From: Microcystis aeruginosa NIES-2549
GTDB taxonomy: Bacteria; Cyanobacteriota; Cyanobacteriia; Cyanobacteriales; Microcystaceae
Length of the DNA stretch: 32,000 nt
Reading direction: 5' to 3'
NCBI RefSeq assembly: GCF_000981785.2
Contig: NZ_CP011304.1
Span: 3,030,001-3,062,000 of the forward strand
The translations under genes and the position numbers were made by a program. This document shows positions 8,279 through 18,256 of the stretch, in pieces. A model generated the notes under the pieces. That model made no database searches, was not told the origin of the DNA, and worked only from the letters and a program-made list of their open reading frames with translations. How positions within the stretch are numbered: the stretch's first letter is position 1; each line of letters opens with the position of its first letter.

Positions 8279-8833
8279 TTCCCTTTGAAGTAGTCAGGAG
8301 TCGGTCGTCAGTGTTCTCCGAGTCAGGAGACAGGAGATTGTTTTACTCCCTTCTCCCCTCTCCCTTCTCCCCACTTTGCAATAACTACTCCTGCATACTT
8401 TGTGCTTTTTGTCAAAAAAACTTTTTTTTTGCAACAAAACTACACAAAAAAAAGATCATCGTTGTGGGTGAAATTGACTGATTTACCTGTCTTAATTGGG
8501 ATCACCTTGTAGGTGTGGCAAGGGTTTCAACCCTTGCTGTCCAAAAAAGCACAAAATAACCCATTATGAAATTCAGTAAAATCGCTGTAACCATTGTAAC
8601 ATCGTTGTTAAATAAAAATCTTTCTCAATTAATTCTTAAGAATTTGTAAATATTGCGGAATGTTAATTTAAATATTCTCAATTTTTTGGAGTCAATGAAT
8701 AATTTTTGCTTATCTTTGTCGAACATTGAGTTAGAAGTCAGGAGTCAGGAGATAGGGTGATAGGGTTTTGGGGTTTTGGGGTGTTAGGGTTTTAGTTGAA
8801 ATTCCCCCACTACCCCACTACCCTACTACCCCA

Positions 8834-9760
8834 ATGGCCAATCAAGGTTGGATTTATCGAGATAAAATTAGCAAAAATCAGGCAGGATTAAGCCTATTAG
8901 CCTACTATACGGGCAAATATCCCCATTCTAGCCCAGAAGAATGGCTTGATCGCATTTTATCAGCAGCAATTCTAGTCAACGGTCGTCCCGCTTGCCCCGA
9001 TACAGTTTTAGAAATCGGGCAGCAATTGACCTATCAGCGCCCACCTTGGACAGAACCGGAAGTGCCGCTCTTTTTTGAGGTACTCTACGAGGATGCCGAG
9101 GTGTTAGTGGTGGCGAAACCTTCGGGATTACCCGTGTTAGCGGGGGGTGGATTTCTCGAACATACTCTCATCCATCTGGTGCATCAGCATTATGCCGAGG
9201 TCACTCCCTATCCAATTCATCGTCTTGGTCGCGGCACTTCCGGTATAGTCTTAATGGCGAAATCAAAGCCAGCTAGAGCTAAATTGAGTCAACAGATGCG
9301 AGAGGGGAAAATTACCAAAATATATCGAGCTTTAGTGGGTCGGGGCGACATACCGGATAACTTTACTATTAATCAAGCGATCGGGAAAATCGCCCATCCC
9401 ATTTTAGGCTACGTTTACGGTGCGCTCACAGATGGGTTATCGGCCCGCAGTGATGGTCGAGTCTTAAAAAAACATCCTGATAGTACCCTATTAGAAGTAC
9501 AAATTTTTACGGGCAGACCCCATCAAATTCGCATTCATCTGGCCTTTTTTGGCTATCCCTTAATCGGTGATCCCTTGTATGGTCTGGGGGGATTACCGCG
9601 ACCGAATGCGGTCCCAGGAGATTGTGGTTATTATCTCCATGCCAATCAAATCCTTTTTAATCATCCCAGTACAGGGGAAAGAATCTCTATTTGTTGTCCA
9701 GCACCGCCGGAATTAGTGGATAGACTTCTTGCAGAAGTCAGGCAACAGAAAGAAGAATAG
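8834..9760 (+). CDS. RluA-family pseudouridine synthase
   Basis: HRLGRGTSGIVLMAK (HRLD-type catalytic loop variant) and GRPHQIRIHLA motifs. The tracked TTG start at 8768 lies in GGGTTTT-type repeats, so I prefer the ATG at 8834 (MANQGWIY). Confidence 0.85.
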   Translation: MANQGWIYRDKISKNQAGLSLLAYYTGKYPHSSPEEWLDRILSAAILVNGRPACPDTVLEIGQQLTYQRPPWTEPEVPLFFEVLYEDAEVLVVAKPSGLPVLAGGGFLEHTLIHLVHQHYAEVTPYPIHRLGRGTSGIVLMAKSKPARAKLSQQMREGKITKIYRALVGRGDIPDNFTINQAIGKIAHPILGYVYGALTDGLSARSDGRVLKKHPDSTLLEVQIFTGRPHQIRIHLAFFGYPLIGDPLYGLGGLPRPNAVPGDCGYYLHANQILFNHPSTGERISICCPAPPELVDRLLAEVRQQKEE

Positions 9761-9977
9761 ATGCTTTCAGCATCAGGATTGATTACTTTTGGCTCTTCTG
9801 GTTTCTGTGTGGAAACGAGGTCTATACTGATAGTTTCTTCCACAAAATAGTCCTAAAAGTCTTGCCCAGTAAACATTTAACCTTACATAAGCAAAAATTA
9901 TCACACAAAGTCGAGAAGAGCCTACTTTTTGACTTTTGCAAGCGGTTTAATAGCGCAAATCTCCAAATCTAGCAATA

Positions 9978-10250
9978 TTTAGGGTTGGCTGAATAAATCT
10001 AAAAACCTTGTTGGATAAAACTTTTAGACTTTTTTGACCTCAAAAAGTGCCAGTCGAGAGTGATCGGGGCGAAAATTGAGGGACTTTTTCCCTGAAAATT
10101 AGGTAATTGACCGTCTGAAAATGGGTAAAACCCCACACCCCACACCCCACACCCGACACCCCACACCCCACACCCCACACCCTACACCCCACACCCCACA
10201 CCCCACACCCTGCCCCCAGGAAAAACTTTTTGCCGCAGACCCTATTTAAA
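9978..10250 (+). mobile_element. MITE-like element with TAGGGT(T/C)(G/T)GC terminal inverted repeats and an internal (CCCCACA)n tract, copy A
   Basis: The ends TTTAGGGTTGGCTGAATAAAT and GCAGACCCTATTTAAA are inverted relative to each other. It is highly similar over its length to the reverse complement of 17965-18192. Confidence 0.75.
10131..10210. repeat. Heptanucleotide tandem repeat (CCCCACA)n, about 11 units with variants
   Basis: Read directly; variant units are CCCGACA and CCCTACA. STRR-like cyanobacterial heptamer repeat. Confidence 0.95.
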
Positions 10251-10442
10251 ACTCCCCAAGCCGGATCGCCAGCGATCACTAAAAGACCACTTCGGTAATC
10301 ACACCCTGAATCGCCCCGAACCGAGAGCGAGAACCTAAGACAATTCGATACAATATTGTCAACAAGCATTAAGCGATTTAAACTATCGATCGAAGGTAAA
10401 AGTCCCGAAGTTATCGAAATCTAGGGGGAGACAAAAACAAGC

Positions 10443-12605
10443 ATGGGTAGAGTAGTAGGCATTGATCTAGGGACAACTAACTCCGTCGTCGCCGTGATGG
10501 AAGGCGGAAAGCCAGTGGTCATCGCCAACTCGGAGGGCATGAGAACCACCCCTTCTGTGGTCGGTTTTAATAAAGATGGGGAGTTAGTGGTCGGTCAAAT
10601 GGCCCGGCGACAAGGGGTACTCAATCCCCAAAACACCTACTATGGAGTCAAACGCTACATAGGTCGTCGCTACTCGGAATTAAACCCCGAATCGAAGCGC
10701 GTCCCCTACACCATCCGCCGGGATGAGATGGGCAATATCAAAATTAAATGCCCCCGTCTGCAAAAAGAATTCGCCCCCGAAGAAATTTCCGCCCTAGTTT
10801 TACGCCGATTAGCCGAAGAAGCCAGCCGTTATCTAGGGGAAGAAGTGACCGGGGCCGTAATCACCGTCCCCGCCTATTTTAATGACTCCCAACGTCAAGC
10901 CACCCGGGATGCCGGCCGAATCGCCGGGTTAGAAGTGCTGCGGATTCTCAACGAACCCACCGCCGCTGCCCTAGCCTACGGTCTCGATGAACAGGAAAGC
11001 AAGAAAATCCTCGTTTTTGACCTGGGGGGCGGTACTTTTGATGTTTCTATCCTAGAAGTGGGTGACGGCGTTTTTGAGGTGAAATCCACCAGTGGCGACA
11101 CCCAATTAGGCGGCAATGATTTCGATAAAAGAATCGTCGATTGGTTAGCCAATCAATTTTTGGAACAGGAAGGCGTGGAGCTGCGCCAAGACCGGCAAGC
11201 CCTACAAAGACTCACAGAAGCGGCAGAAAAAGCCAAAATTGAACTGTCTGGGGTCAGTGTCACCGATATTAATCTACCCTTTATCATTGCCACGGAAGAC
11301 GGACCAAAACACATCGAAACTCGTCTGAGTCGGGCCCAATTTGAGGAGTTATGCGGCGATTTAATCAGTCGTCTCCGTCGTCCTCTCAAACGCGCCCTTT
11401 CTGATGCCGGTTTGTCCCCCGTCCAATTAGACGAAGTGGTACTGGTGGGCGGCGGCACGCGGATGCCGGTGGTGAAGGATTTAGTGCGGAGTTTTATCGA
11501 TAGGGAACCCAATCAAAATGTTAACCCTGATGAGGTTGTAGCGGTCGGGGCGGCTATTCAAGCGGGAATTTTGGGCGGCGAGGTCAAAGACGTGCTGCTC
11601 CTCGATGTGACCCCTTTATCCTTGGGTTTAGAAACCATCGGCGGTGTGATGAAAAAGTTAATCCCCCGTAATACCACTATTCCCGTCCGCAGATCTGACC
11701 TTTTTTCCACCTCCGAAAATAATCAAACTGTGGTGGAAATTCACGTTTTGCAGGGGGAAAGGGAAATGGCCAGCGATAATAAATCCCTGGGACGTTTTAA
11801 ATTAACCGGTATCCCCCCCGCACCCCGGGGTATTCCCCAAGTGCAGGTGTCCCTCGATATCGATGCTAACGGGATTCTACAAGTCACCGCTAGGGATAAA
11901 ATGACCGGACGGGAACAAAGTGTCACCATTCAAGGCGCTTCTACCCTCAGCGAAGGGGAAATTAACCGCATGATCGGCGATGCTGCCCGATTTGCCGAAG
12001 AAGATCGTACCCGTCGCGAAAAGGTGGATAAACGCAATCGCGCCCGCTCTCTGGTGGATCAAGCTCAACGACGCTTAAAAGATGTTACTCTCGATTTTGG
12101 TAATGAGTTCACCCGTTCCTATCGTCGTCAAATTGAGTCTTTGAGTACGGAAATTATCGACGCTTTGGAGAAAAATGATGACCGTCGCATCGATCGCGCC
12201 CAGGCGGACCTACAGGATGTTATCTATGAATTAAATCGCGAGGTACGGCTACAATACGACGAGGAAGACGAGGGCTTTTTTAGTGCTATTCGCAAGACTT
12301 TTACCGGGGATAAGGAAGATGATCTTCCCTCCGAACCGCGTCGCGATCGTTATCGTCAGGATTATCGTCCCAGTACACCGGGTTATCAAAGCGATTATCG
12401 ACCCAATTATTCGGCTAATCAAGATAGTTATCGCCCCCGCAATCAGGACAATTACTACAATGGCCGCGATAGCGATTGGCAAAGTCCCCCCCCTTCGGAG
12501 GAAAAAAGTTATAACAATAGTAAAAGTAGCCGCAGCAGCGGCAATCGTTCCCGCAATATCCCCCCCCAAAATAACTGGGATGATGACGATGATGATTGGT
12601 TTTAA
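10443..12605 (+). CDS. dnaK: Hsp70 chaperone DnaK with a long low-complexity C-terminal extension (DnaK3-like)
   Basis: [17 protein letters not shown] and [10 protein letters not shown] motifs. 720 aa, with a Tyr/Arg/Asp/Ser-rich tail ending DDDDDDWF. Confidence 0.95.
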   Translation: MGRVVGIDLGTTNSVVAVMEGGKPVVIANSEGMRTTPSVVGFNKDGELVVGQMARRQGVLNPQNTYYGVKRYIGRRYSELNPESKRVPYTIRRDEMGNIKIKCPRLQKEFAPEEISALVLRRLAEEASRYLGEEVTGAVITVPAYFNDSQRQATRDAGRIAGLEVLRILNEPTAAALAYGLDEQESKKILVFDLGGGTFDVSILEVGDGVFEVKSTSGDTQLGGNDFDKRIVDWLANQFLEQEGVELRQDRQALQRLTEAAEKAKIELSGVSVTDINLPFIIATEDGPKHIETRLSRAQFEELCGDLISRLRRPLKRALSDAGLSPVQLDEVVLVGGGTRMPVVKDLVRSFIDREPNQNVNPDEVVAVGAAIQAGILGGEVKDVLLLDVTPLSLGLETIGGVMKKLIPRNTTIPVRRSDLFSTSENNQTVVEIHVLQGEREMASDNKSLGRFKLTGIPPAPRGIPQVQVSLDIDANGILQVTARDKMTGREQSVTIQGASTLSEGEINRMIGDAARFAEEDRTRREKVDKRNRARSLVDQAQRRLKDVTLDFGNEFTRSYRRQIESLSTEIIDALEKNDDRRIDRAQADLQDVIYELNREVRLQYDEEDEGFFSAIRKTFTGDKEDDLPSEPRRDRYRQDYRPSTPGYQSDYRPNYSANQDSYRPRNQDNYYNGRDSDWQSPPPSEEKSYNNSKSSRSSGNRSRNIPPQNNWDDDDDDWF

Positions 12606-12640
12606 TCAGTGATCAGTAAACAGTAAACAGTAATCAGTGA
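12604..12640. repeat. Heptanucleotide tandem repeat (nnnCAGT: AAACAGT/AATCAGT/GATCAGT), about 5 units
   Basis: Read directly. A similar AAACAGT run occurs at about 5391-5420. Confidence 0.85.
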
Positions 12641-12707
12641 AAAGACAGTGGGAAACTACTATTTAATACTGCTCACTTAATACATACTGCTCACTTAAAA
12701 CTCAAAT

Positions 12708-12742
12708 CTGATAACTGATAACTGATAACTGATAACTGATAA
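12708..12742. repeat. Heptanucleotide tandem repeat (CTGATAA)x5 between dnaK and the J-protein gene
   Basis: Five perfect units, read directly. Confidence 0.95.
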
Positions 12743-12750
12743 CTGAATAT

Positions 12751-13626
12751 ATGCCACAATTAGTTAATTATTATGATGTTTTAGGAGTATCTCGCACGGC
12801 TACCAGTGACGAGATAAAAAAGGCTTTTCGACGACTGGCTCGCCAATATCATCCTGATGTTAATCCGGGGGATAAATCGGCCGAAGAAAAGTTTAAAGAT
12901 ATTAATGAAGCTTATGATGTTCTCTCCGATGAAGAAAAACGGGTTGAGTATAATCGTTCCTTGACGGGGATTAAGCGCCGTGGGATACGTCCGGGGGAAA
13001 AAGCCAATAGTAACGGTAATGGAAAAATCCCCCGTACAGAACAGGATTTATGGAAGTTTAAAGATTTTAATAACCTTAATACTAAGCGGGCTAAAATTGC
13101 CTCCTCTCCCCGTTTAACTCGTCGAGATGTGGAGGCGAAATTGACTTTACCTTTAGAGAAAGCCTATCAAGGTGGCAGACAAAGAATTCGTCTGGAAGAT
13201 GGCCGATCAATAGAGGTTGATATGCCGGCAGCTATGATCGATGGGCAGAAAATTCGTCTCAAAGGTCAGGGGATTGAAGGGGGTGATTTATATTTAAAAA
13301 TAACTATCGCTAGGCATCATTTTTTTAGGATTCAAGGTTCTGATATTGTCTGTCAAGTGCCGATTACTCCTAGCGAGGCAATTGTGGGCGGTTTTGTGGA
13401 AATTCCTACCATTGACGGGTTAGTTAAAATGATGATTCCTAAGGGAGTTAGAAGCGGTCAAAGATTACGTTTGGCTAACAAAGGTTATCCCACTTCCCAA
13501 GGAGAAAGGGGCGATCAATTAGTGGAAATTCTATTAGTTAATCCTCCCAATCCTAGCCCCGAAGAATTAGAACTTTATCAAAAAATACGGGCGATTGAAA
13601 CTTTTAATCCTCGTCAAGTTTTATAA
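12751..13626 (+). CDS. J-domain co-chaperone without a Cys-rich zinc-finger domain
   Basis: N-terminal J domain (YYDVLGV ... YHPDVNPG ... EAYDVLSD). Only one Cys in the whole protein, so no CxxCxGxG repeats. DnaJ C-terminal beta-domain-like region. Lies immediately downstream of dnaK. Confidence 0.9.
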   Translation: MPQLVNYYDVLGVSRTATSDEIKKAFRRLARQYHPDVNPGDKSAEEKFKDINEAYDVLSDEEKRVEYNRSLTGIKRRGIRPGEKANSNGNGKIPRTEQDLWKFKDFNNLNTKRAKIASSPRLTRRDVEAKLTLPLEKAYQGGRQRIRLEDGRSIEVDMPAAMIDGQKIRLKGQGIEGGDLYLKITIARHHFFRIQGSDIVCQVPITPSEAIVGGFVEIPTIDGLVKMMIPKGVRSGQRLRLANKGYPTSQGERGDQLVEILLVNPPNPSPEELELYQKIRAIETFNPRQVL

Positions 13627-13636
13627 AGATTATGCT

Positions 13637-13702
13637 AGGTGGGTTACGGCAAATTTGAAATTTTTTGTCAAAAACATAACTTGTCCTTGCCTAACCCACC
13701 CT
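13637..13702. repeat. Palindromic GGTGGGTTACGGC ... GCCTAACCCACC element after the J-protein gene
   Basis: Inverted termini were read directly. Same family as 31421-31487. Confidence 0.7.
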
Positions 13703-13723
13703 ACACCTTAATCCCGCTTGATT

Positions 13724-14872
13724 ATGACAAATATAATTGATACAATTAAACCTTTTTATCCTCTAGCTTTCAAGGCTATTCAGGGCGATTTAGAGGGAAC
13801 ACAAAAACAATTATTAAATACTCTGCAAAAAATCGATCGCTCGCGGGGGGGATTTTGGGGACAATGGCTAATCTCACAATTATCAGAATCCCTCAGTTTT
13901 AGCGATTCTCGCCTATCGCAAAGCCTCTGGGGGTTAAATTTCCCCAATCCCGTCGGATTGGCGGCAGGATTCGATAAAGACGGTGTAGGGGCAGGACTTT
14001 GGCATAGTTTCGGCTTTGGTTTTGCCGAGGTGGGTGCTGTCACCCTAGAAGGGCAACCGGGCAACCCAAAACCGAGATTATTTCGTTTACCGAAAGATTT
14101 AGCCGGATTAAACCGTATGGGGGCAAATAACCTCGGTGCGGCAGTTCTAGCGGCAACTCTCCAGCAATCTTGGCAACGACAACCCCGACAGATTCCCATC
14201 GGCATTAACCTCTGTAAATCGAAAAATACGCCCCTAGAAAAGGCTCCGGAGGACTATTTAGGCAGTTTTCGCTATTTATTCCCCCATGCTGATTATTTTG
14301 TCGTTAATGTTAGTTCTCCCAATACTCCAGGTTTGCGTTCCCTGCAAAGTGGGGAACAACTCGATAAAATCCTCGACATTTTACAAACAGAAAATCAAGG
14401 CAGAAAACCCCTATTAGTGAAAATTTCTCCCGATTTGGAATGGGAAGATATCACAACGATTATTGAGTTAGCTTTCTCCTATCAATTAGCCGGAATTGTC
14501 GCTACTAATACCACCACTAAACGCACGGGATTAAAAACTACAATTCTGCCTGAAACTGGTAAACCAATCACTGAAGAAGCAGGGGGAATTAGTGGGCAAC
14601 CTTTGCGGGAACGTTCCACAGAAGTGATCCGTTTTATCTATCGGCAAACCCAAGGCAATTTACCGATAATTGGAGTGGGAGGCATTTTTTCCCTCGATGA
14701 TGCTTGGGAAAAAATTACCGCCGGTGCGAGTTTATTACAGATTTATACTGGTTGGTTATATCGAGGACCCTGGCTAGTATCAAATATTTTACAAGGATTA
14801 ACAGAAAAATTAGAGGCTAATGGGTTGACTAACATTAATCAAGCGGTGGGTTGGCAAGCTAACCAAGAATGA
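13724..14872 (+). CDS. pyrD: Dihydroorotate dehydrogenase (quinone), class 2
   Basis: [27 protein letters not shown] and GVGGI motifs. The ATG at 13724 is preferred over the tracked TTG at 13718. Confidence 0.9.
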   Translation: MTNIIDTIKPFYPLAFKAIQGDLEGTQKQLLNTLQKIDRSRGGFWGQWLISQLSESLSFSDSRLSQSLWGLNFPNPVGLAAGFDKDGVGAGLWHSFGFGFAEVGAVTLEGQPGNPKPRLFRLPKDLAGLNRMGANNLGAAVLAATLQQSWQRQPRQIPIGINLCKSKNTPLEKAPEDYLGSFRYLFPHADYFVVNVSSPNTPGLRSLQSGEQLDKILDILQTENQGRKPLLVKISPDLEWEDITTIIELAFSYQLAGIVATNTTTKRTGLKTTILPETGKPITEEAGGISGQPLRERSTEVIRFIYRQTQGNLPIIGVGGIFSLDDAWEKITAGASLLQIYTGWLYRGPWLVSNILQGLTEKLEANGLTNINQAVGWQANQE

Positions 14873-15141
14873 GCCAATTTTCTCTGGTAATTAGCAATAA
14901 TTTCGCAAAAATTAGCTAAAATGTTATCTGTTCCCTTTGGGGATAAGATAAGATATAGCGTTTCCTGTTTGCAAGAGGTACATTATCGGTGATGAAAAGC
15001 TTAATCAACAAAGGTTTAACTGTGCCACCCAGATGTGAGAAACGCTATAATTAAGATAACTACAATAGGACTGATCTAGAGACTACAGCTAGATAAAAAT
15101 TGATCGCCAAGTATGGAACTTTTTAACCAAACCATAATTTT

Positions 15142-16731
15142 ATGTCAAAAAAATCATTTTTACCCGGTTGTTTAGTCGTCCTAGGATTAACAGCAGTAAC
15201 CGCAGGAGGTGTCTATCTTTATCTACGAGGACAACTACCTTGGCAAAGATTCACCCCCTTAGAATCGGCAAAAGTTATCCCAGAAACTGCCTTTGCTAGT
15301 AGTTTTGTCTCCACGGATGCAAAAGCTTGGTCAGTGTTAGCTAAATATGGTACACCAGAATCACGAACTGCGGTTAGTCAAGGACTAGAAGAATTACAAA
15401 AAAATATCTTCACCGATAAGATTGATTATCAACGGGATGTCGAACCTTGGATCGGTAGTATTAGCTTTGCTTTCCTTCCTGCAGCTACCCCCGGACAATC
15501 GAAATTATTAACGGTTATCGGGATCAAAGATAAAATTAAAGCGTCAGAATTCCAGAAAAAACTAGGACAACAAGTTAATCGCAAAACTAGCACCAGTGAC
15601 TACAAAGGTGTTAAAATTACTGCTATAGATTGGCAGGATAACACCACTATTTATACTGCTGTTACTGGCGATTTTTTGTTGATATCCTACGATAAAAAGG
15701 TGTTAGAAGCAGCGATCGATACCTATCAAGGACAGCCATCTTTTAGCAGTAAACCGGAAGTGAGAAAACTGCTTTCCCAATCCCTCAACCTCCCCAATAC
15801 CCTAGCGACAATTTATATCGATGATTATGCCGCAATCTTGGGACCAGATGCTAATTTATCTCCCCAAAGTCGGCAAGAATTAGCAAAAATTCAAGATGTT
15901 GTCGCAGGAGTGGGTGTCACCGATACGGGATTACAGTTACAAATGGTGGCTAAATTGGCCCCTGAAACTATTTCTACCCTACCTTCCCCTAGCAAAAATC
16001 AAGTTTTAAATTATTTACCCGGAGATACCATTGCAGTCTGGAGTGGGAATAATCTTAAACAGGGATGGGAAGAAGCAGAAAAACAGTCCCAAACTAACCC
16101 AGAATTACAAGTTTTTCTGCGTCAGATCCGTGAGAATTTTCAGATGGCAACTCTTGACGCGGATAAAGAAGTTTTTAACTGGATGGATCGAGAATTTGCC
16201 TTCGGAATTATCCCCAACCAGCAAGCAGTGGGAGGGTTAGGTTTCGGGGGAATGATGATCTGGCAAACCGGCGATCATAAAGCGGCAAAAACTACCCTCG
16301 ATAAGTTAAATGAATTGGTGAAAACTGTTCCCTTTATCACCATAAAAAACAGTCAAATTTCTGGCCAAGATGTGACTGAATGGAAAGCGGAAGAACAAGC
16401 GATTTTAACCTATGCTTGGCCTAATAATGATACCCTAAAAATGACCGTCGGAATTCCCTATCAACCCCAACCGAATCAACCGATTAGCAAAAGTGAGAAT
16501 TTCCAAGCATCGATCGCAAATTTGCCTAAAAATAATCTCGGTTATTTCTTCATCGATGTGGAGCAAATTATCGCTAAAGCAGGGGGAATTAATAATCTTC
16601 CAGCCGGGGAATTAACCCCAGAAGCAAAGGCCTTTTTAGAATCGGTACGCGGCATCGGAATTACTGCCACTATGCCTGATAAAACCACCAGTAAAATTGA
16701 TGTTTTATTTTCCCTGAAGCAAACTCCCTAA
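15142..16731 (+). CDS. Conserved membrane-anchored or exported hypothetical protein (possibly DUF3352-type)
   Basis: 529 aa ORF with an N-terminal TM/signal segment (FLPGCLVVLGLTAVTAGGVYLYL). No catalytic motif recognised. The family name is from memory only. Its 3' end overlaps the convergent folC by 27 bp. Confidence 0.7.
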   Translation: MSKKSFLPGCLVVLGLTAVTAGGVYLYLRGQLPWQRFTPLESAKVIPETAFASSFVSTDAKAWSVLAKYGTPESRTAVSQGLEELQKNIFTDKIDYQRDVEPWIGSISFAFLPAATPGQSKLLTVIGIKDKIKASEFQKKLGQQVNRKTSTSDYKGVKITAIDWQDNTTIYTAVTGDFLLISYDKKVLEAAIDTYQGQPSFSSKPEVRKLLSQSLNLPNTLATIYIDDYAAILGPDANLSPQSRQELAKIQDVVAGVGVTDTGLQLQMVAKLAPETISTLPSPSKNQVLNYLPGDTIAVWSGNNLKQGWEEAEKQSQTNPELQVFLRQIRENFQMATLDADKEVFNWMDREFAFGIIPNQQAVGGLGFGGMMIWQTGDHKAAKTTLDKLNELVKTVPFITIKNSQISGQDVTEWKAEEQAILTYAWPNNDTLKMTVGIPYQPQPNQPISKSENFQASIANLPKNNLGYFFIDVEQIIAKAGGINNLPAGELTPEAKAFLESVRGIGITATMPDKTTSKIDVLFSLKQTP

Positions 16732-17952
16732 AAAGTAACCGACTAGATAAAGCGATCCACAGAGAATTATCTGACTATCGGCAGATTCTTGGATGGCTTT
16801 TTTTAGTCCTAAAAATACATCGGAACAAGTCTCTAGGTGAGATAATTCTGGACAAATTGAAGCCGCTAATTCCGCTAAGGTTTCAGGATTGGCACTGCTA
16901 TGATCTGGGACAGGAACTAAATATAAACTATCGCCTTTTCTTAATAAAGCTTGGAATATTTCTCGATGATCTTTAGTCGATAAAATACCCATCACCCAGA
17001 TAATTTTTGGAGCCTTTAAACTATCTACATACTGCCTTAAACCAATAGCAGCAGCGGGATTATGAGCGCCATCTATTAAAATTTCTCGCTGACACCAACT
17101 AACGGTTTGTAAACGTCCTAACCAGCGAGTTTTTGCCATTCCTTCCTGCACGACTTCATCGCTAATTTGCCAACCTTGCTGACGTAAAATATTAACAACA
17201 GCGATCGCTATAGCCGAATTAGTTAATTGAAAATCTCCCGCTAAGGATAAAGGATATTCTAACCCTTGATATTTGGCCCGATTATCAGCAATTTTTTCGG
17301 CAGCTTCTACCCATACCGTCGGACAATTTAACAGCTTGATTCTCTCCCTAACTACCCCCTGCGCTGATTCCGGTAATTGTCCGATAACTGCGGGACAATT
17401 CGCTTTTAATATCCCCGCTTTCTCCCCGGCAATATCGGCAACCGTCGGCCCTAAATTTTGCCAATGTTCCCGACTGATAGAAGTGATGACAGTAACCAAA
17501 GGTTGAGCGCAAACATTAGTCGCATCTAATCTTCCTCCTAAACCCACTTCCATCACGGCAATATCCACCTTTTCCTGAGCAAAATACAGCCAAGCAGCGG
17601 CAGTAATTACCTCAAATTGAGTAGGACTTTCCTGCTGGGGATCGATAAGCGATTGTACATCTTTAAGCAGGTTTTCTAAAGTGGCAGTTTCAATATTTTC
17701 GCCATTAATAGAGATTCTTTCTGTCCAATCAATTAAATGGGGAGAAATATAACGTCCGACTTTGTAACCGGCAGTGCTGAGAATAGAGGATAGATAGGCA
17801 CAAACTGAACCTTTGCCATTAGTTCCCGTGACATGAATAATCGGAATTTTATCTTGGGGATTGCTTAAAATCTCCAGCAGATTTTTTATTCTTTCTAAAC
17901 CGAGATTGACACCAAAACGCTGAAAAGGTTGCAGTAAAGAATCGATAGTCAT
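16705..17952 (-). CDS. folC: Folylpolyglutamate synthase / dihydrofolate synthase
   Basis: Mur-ligase P-loop HVTGTNGKGS and the family-typical VMEVGLGGRLDATN. The tracked start at 18051 reads through a CCCCACA repeat (PHPTPHTPHPTP), so I prefer the ATG at 17952 (MTIDSLLQPF). Confidence 0.9.
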   Translation of the reverse strand: MTIDSLLQPFQRFGVNLGLERIKNLLEILSNPQDKIPIIHVTGTNGKGSVCAYLSSILSTAGYKVGRYISPHLIDWTERISINGENIETATLENLLKDVQSLIDPQQESPTQFEVITAAAWLYFAQEKVDIAVMEVGLGGRLDATNVCAQPLVTVITSISREHWQNLGPTVADIAGEKAGILKANCPAVIGQLPESAQGVVRERIKLLNCPTVWVEAAEKIADNRAKYQGLEYPLSLAGDFQLTNSAIAIAVVNILRQQGWQISDEVVQEGMAKTRWLGRLQTVSWCQREILIDGAHNPAAAIGLRQYVDSLKAPKIIWVMGILSTKDHREIFQALLRKGDSLYLVPVPDHSSANPETLAELAASICPELSHLETCSDVFLGLKKAIQESADSQIILCGSLYLVGYFLGSLLQGK

Positions 17953-17964
17953 GGTTGGCAAACT

Positions 17965-18192
17965 ATAAATAGGGTTTGCGGCAAAAAGTTTTTCGGTGGG
18001 GGTAGGGTGTGGGGTGTGGGGTGTGGGGTGTGGGGTTTTACCGATTTTCATCTGCTCAATTACCTAATTTTCAGGGAAAAAGTACCTGAATTTTCCCCCT
18101 GATCACTCCCAGACGAGGCACTTTTGGATTTCAAAAAGGTCTAAAAGTTTTATCCAACAAGGTTTTTAGATTTATTCAGCAGACCCTAAATA
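17965..18192 (-). mobile_element. MITE-like element, copy B (inverted relative to copy A; shorter heptamer tract)
   Basis: Its reverse complement aligns with 9978-10250 (TTTAGGGTCTGCTGAATAAATCTAAAAACCTTGTTGGATAAAACTTTTAGAC...). It ends 13 bp from the folC ATG. Confidence 0.75.
17998..18036. repeat. Heptanucleotide tandem repeat (TGTGGGG)n, about 5 units; the same tract as in copy A on the other strand
   Basis: Read directly. Confidence 0.95.
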
Positions 18193-18256
18193 AAGGAATC
18201 CGGCTAGGATTGATGCTCCTACCGGCACTGATGACCCTTTCTCTGGGTGGCAATGT

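Noticed and set aside
10040-10369. 109-aa minus-strand ORF (…GCGVWGVGCRVWGVGCGVSGVGCGVWG…)
   Set aside because: It is read through the (CCCCACA)n tract and body of MITE copy A. The peptide is repeat-derived and there is no independent coding signal.
10251-10442. CIRCE (HrcA) operator upstream of dnaK
   Set aside because: No TTAGCACTC-N9-GAGTGCTAA-like dyad is present. I found only generic -35/-10-like hexamers (TTGTCA-N17-TAAACT at 10356-10384, TACAAT at 10349-10354), which are ambiguous.
12249-12612. 106-aa minus-strand and 109-aa plus-strand ORFs inside the dnaK 3' region
   Set aside because: They are alternative-frame readings of the repetitive low-complexity tail DNA of dnaK. The products are Ile/Ala/Thr-rich nonsense.
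17953-18051. N-terminal extensions of folC (to 18051), the RluA-family gene (8768-8833) and recA (22875-22916)
   Set aside because: The folC and RluA-family extensions are encoded by heptamer or G-rich repeats. The RluA-family and recA extensions start at TTG. In each case an internal ATG gives an N-terminus typical of the family.
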